Positions 1 through 8,350 of a stretch of DNA of 64,000 nt are shown here, one piece after another. Position numbers and translations under genes: made by a program. This stretch comes from Candidatus Coatesbacteria bacterium (GTDB taxonomy: Bacteria > RBG-13-66-14 > B26-G2 > JAUVZD01), in the NCBI GenBank assembly GCA_030602715.1, contig JAUVZD010000007.1, positions 13,581 through 77,580 of the forward strand, in the 5' to 3' direction. Below the pieces are notes generated by a model. That model had not been told where the DNA came from. It did not search any database and worked only from the letters and a program-made list of their open reading frames with translations. Position 1 is the first letter of the stretch; every line of letters begins with the position of its first letter.

Positions 1-1140
1 TATAGTGAAGCCCCGCACCCGAAGAAGACCGCGCAGGGTGCCGGAGCGCTCATTGCGATATACCGTGCCCAGCTCAGCCAGGCGCAGGGGTAGGTTGCGG
101 TAAGAGCGCACCTCCGACTGGTAGATGATGATGTGGCCGGGGCAGTTCATCGGTCTGAGCACATACTCCTGCTCGTCCACATCCATGGTGTACATATTCT
201 CGCGGTAAAATTGGAAGTGACCCGAGGTGTGGAAAAGCTCTCCTCGCAAGATGTGAGGCGTTTTCAGAAGTTGATAGCCTTTTTCCAGGTGCTTCTCATA
301 CCAGTATTGCTCAATGAGATAGCGTAACATCGCTCCCTTGGGCTTCCAGAGAGCCAACCCGGCGCCAGCCTCCTCGGAGAACATGAAAAGTCCCAGACGC
401 TGACCCAAAACGCGATGGTCTCTGCGCTTAGCCTCCTCCAGTTTCTCCAGGTGACTCTCTAACTCCCGGGCACTGCGGAAGGCTATGCCGTAGATGCGGG
501 AGAGCATGGGGTTGCGCTCATCGCCCTTCCAGTAAGCCCCTGCCACCGACAGCAGTTTGAAATGTTTCAACTGCCCGCTTGAGGACAGATGCGGTCCCCG
601 GCACAGGTCCACGAACTCGTCGCCCAGGTAATAGACGCTCACACGCTCATCCGGACCCATCTCAGCCAGAAGTTCAACTTTCAACTGCTCGCCCCTCTCC
701 TTGAAGAGCTCTACGACATCCTTTTGGGACAGTTCTTCTCTGCGGAAGGGCACATCTTCGGAGACTATCTTTTTCATCTCCGCCTCAATGGCGACTAAAT
801 CCTCCTCGGTAAAGGGCTCATCCACCAGAAAATCGTAGTAGAAGCCGTCGGATATTGCCGGACCTATGCCCAACTGCGCCTGCGGAAAGAGCCTTTTTAC
901 CGCTGTAGCCAGAAGATGGGCGGCGGAATGCCAGAAGACCTCCATCCCCTCCGGGGTGCCATAGCTCACGAAACCGACCTCATCAATCCCCTCAGGAATC
1001 TCCAAATAGAGGTCAAAGAGCTCCTCTCCCGCCCGGCAGGCGACAGCATCTTTTTCGTCCACCTTTTCCGCCAGGGTGGTGAAGGTGCAGCTTCTCTCCA
1101 GGGAGACCTTGCCGTGTTCACGGACCGTAATTGAACGCAT
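1..1140 (-). CDS. thrS: Threonyl-tRNA synthetase, N-terminal part; gene continues beyond window start
   Basis: Manual translation of the reverse strand from ATG at 1140 gives MRSITVREHGKVSLE... with ThrRS motifs (HSAAHLLA, GPAISDGFYYDF, RPMNCPGHIIIYQSEVRSYRNLPLRLAELGTVYRNERSGTLRGLLRVRGFT). No stop before position 1, so it is absent from the ORF track. An SD-like AAGGAGG lies upstream. Confidence 0.85.
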   Translation of the reverse strand, partial: MRSITVREHGKVSLERSCTFTTLAEKVDEKDAVACRAGEELFDLYLEIPEGIDEVGFVSYGTPEGMEVFWHSAAHLLATAVKRLFPQAQLGIGPAISDGFYYDFLVDEPFTEEDLVAIEAEMKKIVSEDVPFRREELSQKDVVELFKERGEQLKVELLAEMGPDERVSVYYLGDEFVDLCRGPHLSSSGQLKHFKLLSVAGAYWKGDERNPMLSRIYGIAFRSARELESHLEKLEEAKRRDHRVLGQRLGLFMFSEEAGAGLALWKPKGAMLRYLIEQYWYEKHLEKGYQLLKTPHILRGELFHTSGHFQFYRENMYTMDVDEQEYVLRPMNCPGHIIIYQSEVRSYRNLPLRLAELGTVYRNERSGTLRGLLRVRGFTI

Positions 1141-1200
1141 CGCTACACCTCCTTATCGGTTGGATAGATTACATCCTTTCTTTCGAGCCCATCTTCCTTG

Positions 1201-1225
1201 AAAAAAACCTCCCTCGATGGGAGGT
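1201..1225 (-). terminator. Rho-independent terminator downstream of tRNA-Val, within the thrS leader
   Basis: On the minus strand the hairpin ACCTCCC-ATCGA-GGGAGGT is followed by TTTTTTT. Confidence 0.6.
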
Positions 1226-1324
1226 AGATATTCTTTCCCTGTCGAGTGCTTTCAGGTTAGGAGAAAAAAAGTTCGTGTATAAGTCATCGTCGTGCCCCAT
1301 AGTCAGTTGATAAGAAAGTCCTTT

Positions 1325-1398
1325 TGGGCGATGCTGGACTTGAACCAGCGACCTCTTGCATGTCAAGCAAGCACTCTAGCCACCTGAGCTAATCGCCC
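1325..1398 (-). tRNA. tRNA-Val (anticodon GAC)
   Basis: Reverse complement reads GGGCGATTAGCTCAGGTGGCTAGAGTGCTTGCTTGACATGCAAGAGGTCGCTGGTTCAAGTCCAGCATCGCCCA. It has a 7-bp acceptor stem, D-loop AGCTCAGGTGG, anticodon loop TTGACAT (GAC) and T-loop GGTTCAAGTCC. Confidence 0.85.
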
Positions 1399-1528
1399 TG
1401 TTTGCAACATATATTATCAACTCACCCCAGTGCTGTCAAGGATTTTCCCCACACTTTTATCCCCTTGACTTTGACCACCTACTGCCCTATCATCTAATAA
1501 ATTCTTATAACATTTAAAAGGAGAAACA

Positions 1529-2215
1529 TTGCCCGACGCAAGTCCACCCCATGAAGAAGAAACCCTCCAAAAACGCAGAGAACTGGTAGAGGAGACCTAC
1601 AACCGATTCCCCGAAGTCAAACTTCCTAAACTCTCTCAGAACCTGAAGTCCCTGGTTGAGTTTTACAACCAGCAGGTCAAAGACAGGAAACTCACCGTCT
1701 CTTTGGGCTACTCCCTGCTCTCCCAAGACCTGATGTATATGAGCAAGCGGGCATCGGTCGATGGTCGCCGCCGCCTTGCCCGACTCCTCTTTGAGGAGAA
1801 CCGCAAGATGCTCAAAAGAGCCCTCTCCGCCGAGCTTTCAGAGCGACCGTCACTCTCCCGGTGGCTTCGCCTGCTCCACCTGCGCTGGCACGGTATGGTC
1901 TCCGGCTACGGAACCCGCCCGGGAAGGCTCATTCTGACTATGTTTTTGGTGGTCTATTGGTGGGGCTTCTTCTTTATCGCAGCCAACTACCTGTCAATAG
2001 TGGGCAATTCCATGCTGGTGCTGGACACCAGCTATGCCTTCTCCATGTTCTCCTATCTATATTTCTCCCTGACCAACTTTCTCCCCCTCTCCGGCTCCAC
2101 TCAAGTGGTGCCCCTGACCTTTGGTGGGCAGATGCTGGTGGTAACTGAGGCGGTCCTAGGCTACATCCTCACCGCCTATCTGATGGAGCTGATAGTGAGG
2201 CGGAGTAAATTCTAA
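1529..2215 (+). CDS. Membrane protein with a C-terminal two-TM pore-like (ion-channel-like) region; function uncertain
   Basis: 228-aa ORF. The N-terminal ~120 aa are charged and soluble; the C-terminal part has hydrophobic helices (LILTMFLVVYWWGFFFIAANYLSIVG ... VLGYILTAYLMELIV). A TTGACT-17-TATCAT promoter-like site lies upstream. Confidence 0.45.
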   Translation: MPDASPPHEEETLQKRRELVEETYNRFPEVKLPKLSQNLKSLVEFYNQQVKDRKLTVSLGYSLLSQDLMYMSKRASVDGRRRLARLLFEENRKMLKRALSAELSERPSLSRWLRLLHLRWHGMVSGYGTRPGRLILTMFLVVYWWGFFFIAANYLSIVGNSMLVLDTSYAFSMFSYLYFSLTNFLPLSGSTQVVPLTFGGQMLVVTEAVLGYILTAYLMELIVRRSKF

Positions 2216-2242
2216 CCGCCCACGGATTAACTAAAGGCAATA

Positions 2243-2271
2243 TTGACAAAATACGGAATTAGTAGTAAAAT
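2243..2271 (+). promoter_or_regulatory. Sigma70-type promoter of the cDPG operon (TTGACA-17-TAAAAT); the -10 ends 7 nt before the ATG, which suggests a leaderless mRNA
   Basis: TTGACA at 2243-2248, a 17-nt spacer and TAAAAT at 2266-2271. The ATG at 2278 has no SD. Confidence 0.5.
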
Positions 2272-2277
2272 AAACCC

Positions 2278-3468
2278 ATGACCAAGGAGAAAAAAAACTC
2301 CCACCCGGTAACCGACACCACTCTAGTTAAGGGCAAGCTGGAGAGCTTTCCCTACTCCAAGGGCATACTCTCCCAATCGCTACTCTCCGCCGGATTGACC
2401 CTTGACCAAGCCTATCAGGTAGCGCAGGAGATTGAGGACCAGTTCTACAATCGCAAAAGGAAGGAGATAACCTCCTCTGAGTTGCGAAAGCTCACTGCGA
2501 AGGTGGTGGCTAAGCGCTTCGGTGAGGAGCTTTCCCAGTCCTACATCTCTATATCCAGCGGCCCACGCACCATGCAGGTGCTCTACGAGGATTCCTCCCT
2601 GCCCTTCTCCAAAGGCATCCTCTCACAATCCCTGATGGCTGCCGGTCTCTCCCCGGAAGCCGCCTTTGCCGTCTCCGCCCGCATCCAGCGGAACCTGGAC
2701 CGGGACAAAACCCGCACCATCACCCACGACGAACTGCGCGGTCGGGTGAGCAAGGTATTGGAAGATGAGTTCGGGCGCACCTACGCCCGCAACTATCTAC
2801 TCTGGCGGAAGATGCGGGAGCCGGACAAACCACTCATCATCCTCATCGGCGGTGGCTCCGGCGTGGGCAAGACCTCCATCTCCAGAGAGCTATCCCACCG
2901 CACCGGGGTGGGGCGCCTGGTCTCCACGGATATCATTCGGCAGATAATGCGCATGATGTTCTCCCTAGAGCTTATGCCCTCGGTTCACATCTCCAGCTAC
3001 GAGGCTTTCAAGACCCAGCCGCAAAGCGGAATGTTTGACAATCCGGTCATCAGCGGTTTTCTGGAGCAGTCCCGGCTGGTCCTGGTGGGCGTCAAAGCGC
3101 TGATTGAGAGAGCCATCAAAGAAAATATCTCCATGATAATTGACGGGGTGCATAACATTCCCGGACTAATAGACCCCCGCCAGATACAGGGCGCTTATCC
3201 GGTCTTCTTCGTCCTTTCTACCGAGTGTATGGAGGCGCATCGCTCTCGCTTCATCAGTCGTGCCGAGGAATCCAACCGCTCAGCCAGCCGCTATCTAAAA
3301 TATTTCAAAAACATCCGCACCATCCAGGACTATATCATTGAACAGGCGGAAAAATTTGACATCCCTATGATAGACAACCACAGCCTGGATAAATCCATCA
3401 TCCAAACTTTGCGCCTGGTCACAGACAAGGTAGCCCAATTTGTGGACATTCCCCAATTCTCAGAATAA
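2278..3468 (+). CDS. 2-phosphoglycerate kinase (archaeal type) with a duplicated N-terminal regulatory domain
   Basis: A duplicated N-terminal repeat (FSKGILSQSLLSAGL... occurs twice), then the P-loop ILIGGGSGVGKTSIS. It is immediately followed by a cDPG synthetase homolog. Confidence 0.7.
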   Translation: MTKEKKNSHPVTDTTLVKGKLESFPYSKGILSQSLLSAGLTLDQAYQVAQEIEDQFYNRKRKEITSSELRKLTAKVVAKRFGEELSQSYISISSGPRTMQVLYEDSSLPFSKGILSQSLMAAGLSPEAAFAVSARIQRNLDRDKTRTITHDELRGRVSKVLEDEFGRTYARNYLLWRKMREPDKPLIILIGGGSGVGKTSISRELSHRTGVGRLVSTDIIRQIMRMMFSLELMPSVHISSYEAFKTQPQSGMFDNPVISGFLEQSRLVLVGVKALIERAIKENISMIIDGVHNIPGLIDPRQIQGAYPVFFVLSTECMEAHRSRFISRAEESNRSASRYLKYFKNIRTIQDYIIEQAEKFDIPMIDNHSLDKSIIQTLRLVTDKVAQFVDIPQFSE

Positions 3469-3477
3469 TTCTGCAAA

Positions 3478-4857
3478 ATGATCAAACTCCAGCTCCCCCC
3501 CAACTTAAGAACGCTGATCCTCGTAGATGGAAGCTACCGGCCGGATACCATCAGGGGGGCTCTGGAGAGCCTGACCGTAGATGAGCAGTATCTCATAAGC
3601 GGGTTGGTCTATCTAGGGGAAGGCGACCTCATTCCCCAGCCGGGGGAGGAACCCTGGGGCAATCTCACCCTCTATCCCCAAGAAGGGGAGTCTCTGATAG
3701 AGGTCCTGGAGCGGGGGCTTACCACTTTCAACCCGCAGATAGTTGTGGATTTGACCAGCAGGCCAAAAATAGATTGGCGCAGTCGCATGATGCTTGCCTC
3801 ACGAGCTCTCTTTCTCGGTTTTCCCTTCGTCGGTTCAGACTTTGCCTTATATCCCCCGCAACTTGAGCAAATCTCCCAGAAGCCGTCCCTTTCCATTATC
3901 GCCCTGGGCAAACGAGCGGGGAAGACCGCCCTCACCGCTCATACCGCTCGCCTTCTCAAGGAGGAGGGCATAAATCCCGTAGTCATCACCATGAGCCGGG
4001 GAGGACCCTCCTTTCCGGAGATATTTTTCGGCGCCGAGGAGATGCTCACCCCACATATGTTACTGCAGATAGCCGAAAGCGGGCGCCATGCCTGCGCCGA
4101 CTACCTGGAGAACGCCTTATTTTCACAGGTAACTACTATCGGCTGTCGGCGAGCCGGCGAGGGAATCTGCGGCGTCCCCTTCAAATCCATCGTCGTTGAC
4201 GGGGCTCTACAGGCAAACGACCTTCCTGCAGACATCCTCATCTTTGAGGGAAGCGGTATCTCCATCCCACCGATAAAATGCGACCGCACCATCCTGATTT
4301 TGCCGGCAACTTTGCCCTTAAGGGAGTTGGAAGACATCTGCGGGCTGTATCATCTCTGGTCGGCGGATATGGTCTTCATAACCCACCTTCAAAGCGCCAG
4401 GCCAAAAAACCTGCGCACTCTGATCAACTTCATCCGTAAATTGCTGGGCGAAATCCATATAATGAAACTGGAGCTGGAACCGCATCCTTTTGGAGATATA
4501 AAAAGTAAACCCATCTTCTTAGCCTCCACCGCTCCCCAAGAGGTGCTTTCCAGCCATAAAAACCTGCTGAAGGAAAAATATAAGTGTAAAATTGTCGCCA
4601 CCTCATCCCACCTTTCCGACCAAGAGGCTCTAATCAAAGACATTGAAGAGGCGCTGGGTTTGCCCCATCCCCCCCAGGTCTTGCTCACCGAGCTGAAGGC
4701 TCATGCGGTGGATACCGCCACCCGCATATTCTTGGAAGCCGACCGGGAGGTGGTATATCTGGACAACAGACCCCGCCAGGCGGCAAAGGTTGACCGACTG
4801 CCCAAAACTCTTTTGGAGATTGCAAAGCAAGCCATAGACTCATTTTCGGGGAGGTAG
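3478..4857 (+). CDS. cpgS: Cyclic 2,3-diphosphoglycerate synthetase (COG2403 family)
   Basis: 459 aa. P-loop-like IIALGKRAGKTALTAHTARLLKEEGINPVVITMSRGGP. Length and arrangement match archaeal cpgS, and it is tightly coupled to the 2PGK gene (9-nt gap). Confidence 0.7.
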   Translation: MIKLQLPPNLRTLILVDGSYRPDTIRGALESLTVDEQYLISGLVYLGEGDLIPQPGEEPWGNLTLYPQEGESLIEVLERGLTTFNPQIVVDLTSRPKIDWRSRMMLASRALFLGFPFVGSDFALYPPQLEQISQKPSLSIIALGKRAGKTALTAHTARLLKEEGINPVVITMSRGGPSFPEIFFGAEEMLTPHMLLQIAESGRHACADYLENALFSQVTTIGCRRAGEGICGVPFKSIVVDGALQANDLPADILIFEGSGISIPPIKCDRTILILPATLPLRELEDICGLYHLWSADMVFITHLQSARPKNLRTLINFIRKLLGEIHIMKLELEPHPFGDIKSKPIFLASTAPQEVLSSHKNLLKEKYKCKIVATSSHLSDQEALIKDIEEALGLPHPPQVLLTELKAHAVDTATRIFLEADREVVYLDNRPRQAAKVDRLPKTLLEIAKQAIDSFSGR

Positions 4858-4858
4858 A

Positions 4859-6109
4859 TTGCCCAACGACTGTAAGGCGATATTCCTGATTCTGGACGGT
4901 CTGGGGGACCGTTCCTGCGACCAGTTGGGAGGACGCACCCCCCTGGAGAGCGCCTCCACCCCAACCTTAGACCGGCTTGCCGCCCAGGGCATTACCGGCC
5001 TGCTGGACCCTCTAGCACCAGGCATTCGGGTGAGCACTGATGTCGGCTGTTTAGCCCTCTTCGGTTACAACCCCCTGAAGACCTACTGGGGGCGGGGACC
5101 TATTGAAGCCGCCGGCGTGGACTTGAAACTCAAGAGGGGAGATGTCGCCTTGAGGGCGAACTTCTCCACCATAAACGAGGAGGGGATAATCGTTGACCGC
5201 CGGGCGGGGCGCATACGAGAGGGGACCGAGGAGCTGGCAAAGGCTCTGGATGGACTAAAGCTGGGTAAGGGGGTGAAGAGCAAGTTTCGGGCCGGGACCG
5301 AGCACCGAGGGGTGTTGGTGCTCTGTGGCGACAATCTCTCGGCGGAGATAAGCGACTCCGACCCGGGAGTAAACCGTGAGGGAGAACCCATCCACGAGGT
5401 CAAGCCCAAGGAGGGGACCGATAGCGCCAAGAATACCGCCAAAAGACTGAACAAGTTCCTGAAACAGGCTTCTGAAATACTCGCCGACCACCCGGTCAAC
5501 CTGCGAAGGATGGAGCAGGACTTACCCCCAGCCAATGCGGTCATCACCAGAGGAGCGGGGATGGGCTTGCAGATTCCCTCGGTCACCGACCGCTTTAATA
5601 TCAACGCCGCCTGCGTAGCCTGCGAGACGACAGTATTGGGTGTAGCCAAACTGGCTGGTTTCGCCACTTTCACCGGTGCTGGTATGACCGCCAACCTGGA
5701 TACCGACCTGAAGGTCAAGGCTAAACTTATCCTGAAGGCGCTTGAGGACTACCAACTGGTCATCTGCCACATCAAAGGAACCGATATCGCGGGTCACGAC
5801 GGCGACGCCCGCAAAAAGGCTGACTTTATCGGGCGGATAGACGATATGCTGGAGGAATTACTGGAAAACTACGACTGTGAGAAGACCTACATCGCCGTCT
5901 CCGCCGACCATTCAACCCCCTGTAGAATCCGAGAGCACACCGCCGACCCGGTGCCCACCCTCATCTGGGGCTACGACATTCTACCCGACAAAGTAACCGC
6001 CTTCCACGAAAGAGCCTGCTACCAGGGCGGACTGAGCCGTATCACCGCCAACGGCTTGCTTTTGACCATAATGGATTATCTGGGAGCGACCTACCGCTTC
6101 GGCTCTTAG
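4859..6109 (+). CDS. apgM: 2,3-bisphosphoglycerate-independent phosphoglycerate mutase, archaeal type (ApgM family)
   Basis: N-terminal AIFLILDGLGDRS is typical of ApgM. 416 aa. The start is 2 nt after the cpgS stop. Confidence 0.75.
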   Translation: MPNDCKAIFLILDGLGDRSCDQLGGRTPLESASTPTLDRLAAQGITGLLDPLAPGIRVSTDVGCLALFGYNPLKTYWGRGPIEAAGVDLKLKRGDVALRANFSTINEEGIIVDRRAGRIREGTEELAKALDGLKLGKGVKSKFRAGTEHRGVLVLCGDNLSAEISDSDPGVNREGEPIHEVKPKEGTDSAKNTAKRLNKFLKQASEILADHPVNLRRMEQDLPPANAVITRGAGMGLQIPSVTDRFNINAACVACETTVLGVAKLAGFATFTGAGMTANLDTDLKVKAKLILKALEDYQLVICHIKGTDIAGHDGDARKKADFIGRIDDMLEELLENYDCEKTYIAVSADHSTPCRIREHTADPVPTLIWGYDILPDKVTAFHERACYQGGLSRITANGLLLTIMDYLGATYRFGS

Positions 6110-6131
6110 ATAAGGATTGGGTTATTTCCCC

Positions 6132-6160
6132 TTGACAGTTTATGTTTTTAAATCTACAAT
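6132..6160 (+). promoter_or_regulatory. Sigma70-type promoter (TTGACA-17-TACAAT) upstream of the CBS-pspA genes
   Basis: TTGACA at 6132-6137, a 17-nt spacer and TACAAT at 6155-6160. Confidence 0.5.
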
Positions 6161-6196
6161 ATCATTTAATAGAATTTTAACTGTCCTCATCCCCCT

Positions 6197-6712
6197 ATGC
6201 GCTCATCCAAGACAGCTATTGCAAATAAAAAGGGCAAAGATATAACCGTCAGCCGGGTGATGAACACCTCGCCCATCACCATCCGACCCAAGACGCCCAT
6301 AAACAGGTTGTTGGAGATACTCCGTGCCAAAGCGGTTACCTCCATCCCCGTGGTGGATGATGAGGGCATGCTGGTGGGAGTGGTCACCGAGAAGGATGTG
6401 GTGGTAGCCATAAGCCAGGCTAAGGACGGCGAAATGAGCGTCCACCAGCAGGTCGCTGACTTAATAAGCCCCCCTATCTCCCTGGATGAAAAGGAGGCGC
6501 TCAGCCGCCGCTTCAACCTGGTGGAGGAGGTGATGACCACCGATGTGGTCGTCGTCACCCCGCATGACACCATCTCCAAAGCGGTCAATCTGATGGCTGG
6601 GAATCAATATCACCTGCTCCCGGTGGTGGCGGATAAAACCAACCCCCCTCTGGAGCAAAAACTCATCGGCACCATTGAGAGCCTGGACATTTTAAAAGCG
6701 CTGTTGGGCTGA
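6197..6712 (+). CDS. CBS domain pair protein
   Basis: Two CBS motifs (VMNTSPITIRPKTPI...PVVDDEGMLVGVVTEKDVV and MTTDVVVVTPHDTISKAVNLM...LLPVV). Confidence 0.7.
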   Translation: MRSSKTAIANKKGKDITVSRVMNTSPITIRPKTPINRLLEILRAKAVTSIPVVDDEGMLVGVVTEKDVVVAISQAKDGEMSVHQQVADLISPPISLDEKEALSRRFNLVEEVMTTDVVVVTPHDTISKAVNLMAGNQYHLLPVVADKTNPPLEQKLIGTIESLDILKALLG

Positions 6713-6778
6713 CAGATTGCTCATCCAAACATCAACCATACATCCAGAATCCAAAACAGTTTTCGGAGGTGAATTGTA

Positions 6779-7513
6779 GTGGGAATCATTGAACGGATAA
6801 AGACCATCATTCGGGCAAACATAAATGACCTGATAAGCAAGGCTGAGGACCCGGAGAAAATCCTCAATCAGCTCATCCTGGATATGCGAGAGAGCTATGA
6901 CGAGGCAAAACAGCAGGTTAAGGTAGCCATCGCCGACGAGAAGATACTTACCAACAAACACGAAGAAGTAACCGAGAAGGTGGAACATTACAAGTCTGGA
7001 GCTGAGAAAGCCCTGAAGAAGGGCGACGAGGAGCTGGCGCGCAAAGCCCTTGCCCGCAAGATAGAGGTAGGGAAGTTGGCGGAGGAATACCGCTTGCAGC
7101 TGGATAAACAGCGCCAGGCGGTAGAGATTCTGAAGTCGGGGCTTATCGCGCTTGACAACAAGATAGACGAGGCAAAGCGCAAGAAGGACCTGCTCATCGC
7201 CCGTGCTGCTCGGGCTGAGGCGGCAAAGACCATAAGCGAGACCCTGGAACAGATCACCGTGGACAGCGGTCCCTTTGAAGCCTTTGAGCGGATGTCAGAT
7301 AAGGTGGAGGCTATTGAAGCCAGCGCTGAAGCATCAACGGAGATAGCCGCCCTGGAGGCGAAGAGGGTCTCCCTGGACGAGGAGCTGGAGGCTCTGGGGG
7401 ATGTGGATGTGGAGGACGAATTATTGGTTCTGAAGGCGGAGATGGGTCTGGAGAAGCCCAAGGAGCTTCCGCCCGAGGAGAAGACCGAGGAGCTACCACC
7501 CTCATCCGAATAA
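6779..7513 (+). CDS. pspA: PspA/IM30 (phage shock protein A / Vipp1 family)
   Basis: GTG start. MGIIERIKTIIRANINDLISKAEDPEKILNQLILDMRE... is the canonical PspA N-terminus; the protein is coiled-coil with an acidic C-terminus. Confidence 0.85.
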   Translation: MGIIERIKTIIRANINDLISKAEDPEKILNQLILDMRESYDEAKQQVKVAIADEKILTNKHEEVTEKVEHYKSGAEKALKKGDEELARKALARKIEVGKLAEEYRLQLDKQRQAVEILKSGLIALDNKIDEAKRKKDLLIARAARAEAAKTISETLEQITVDSGPFEAFERMSDKVEAIEASAEASTEIAALEAKRVSLDEELEALGDVDVEDELLVLKAEMGLEKPKELPPEEKTEELPPSSE

Positions 7514-7602
7514 ACGAGTTTCATCAACAACACCCCCGGGGGAAGTGGACTATTACCCCGGGGGGATTTTCAAGTCGGTTTTCAGGTTTAGAATCGTCCC
7601 AT

Positions 7603-8262
7603 TTGACCACCAATCCGGGGGAATTGGATATGTTCTTTTTATATCTCTTCCACGCTCTCATCAAACCAGGCAACATCTTTCTCTATCTTTTCATCTCGCT
7701 GGTGGCTCTGATCTTCAGCTTCTTTTCACCCGCCGGCTTGTTCATCTTCCTGGGGGGAAGCGCGGTATATGCAGCACTGGTGGGGGTAACCATCGCCAAC
7801 CGGGATTTCCGTCTGAAGATCGCCCACCGGGAACGCCTGCGCAAGATAAGCTACGGCTGGCGCAAGAAGGCTCGGCTGATAATTGAAAAGATCAGCAAGA
7901 TAGATGAACTGACCAAACGGGCCGACCCCTCGGTGCGCGGCAGACTTACCGAGGCGCACATGTATCTGGAACGGATGCAGGAGCAGGCGATCAACCTCAT
8001 AGAGACCATCAGCAAGGTGGAGGAGGCACAGAAGCTGACCCCCTCCGAAAAACAGGTTCAAATGAAGGAGACCAAATCCCGCCTCACCCAGCAGATATAT
8101 AAACTGGAGAGTGGCTTGGATGATGTCACCAGCAACATCATAGGCGTCCTGAGCGCCGATGCTATGGACTCCTCCGCCCAACTGGCATCCATCAACAAAG
8201 ACATCAAAGCCCTATCCGAGGGCATCTCCGCCGCCAGGGAGGAGCTCGCGGCGCTGGAGTAG
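7603..8262 (+). CDS. PspA-adjacent membrane protein (two N-terminal TM helices plus a C-terminal coiled coil)
   Basis: 219-aa ORF. Hydrophobic helices (LYLFISLVALIFSFF, LFIFLGGSAVYAALVGVTIA) are followed by a long charged helical region. The start may be the internal M at 7630. Confidence 0.5.
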   Translation: MTTNPGELDMFFLYLFHALIKPGNIFLYLFISLVALIFSFFSPAGLFIFLGGSAVYAALVGVTIANRDFRLKIAHRERLRKISYGWRKKARLIIEKISKIDELTKRADPSVRGRLTEAHMYLERMQEQAINLIETISKVEEAQKLTPSEKQVQMKETKSRLTQQIYKLESGLDDVTSNIIGVLSADAMDSSAQLASINKDIKALSEGISAAREELAALE

Positions 8263-8350
8263 AAACTGATATAGATAGGCATAAAGCAAAAAAGTTAGTA
8301 AAAAACCCAAATAAGATATTTGCAAACCACAAAAATGGAGGTTGTGTAAT

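Noticed and set aside
1141-1324. Possible T-box leader for thrS
   Set aside because: No T-box consensus (AATTAGGGTGGNACCGCG) was recognised. The only clear structure is a terminator hairpin, interpreted as the tRNA-Val terminator.
1169-1366. 65-aa minus-strand ORF
   Set aside because: It overlaps the tRNA-Val gene and the thrS leader/terminator, so it is most likely a spurious ORF.
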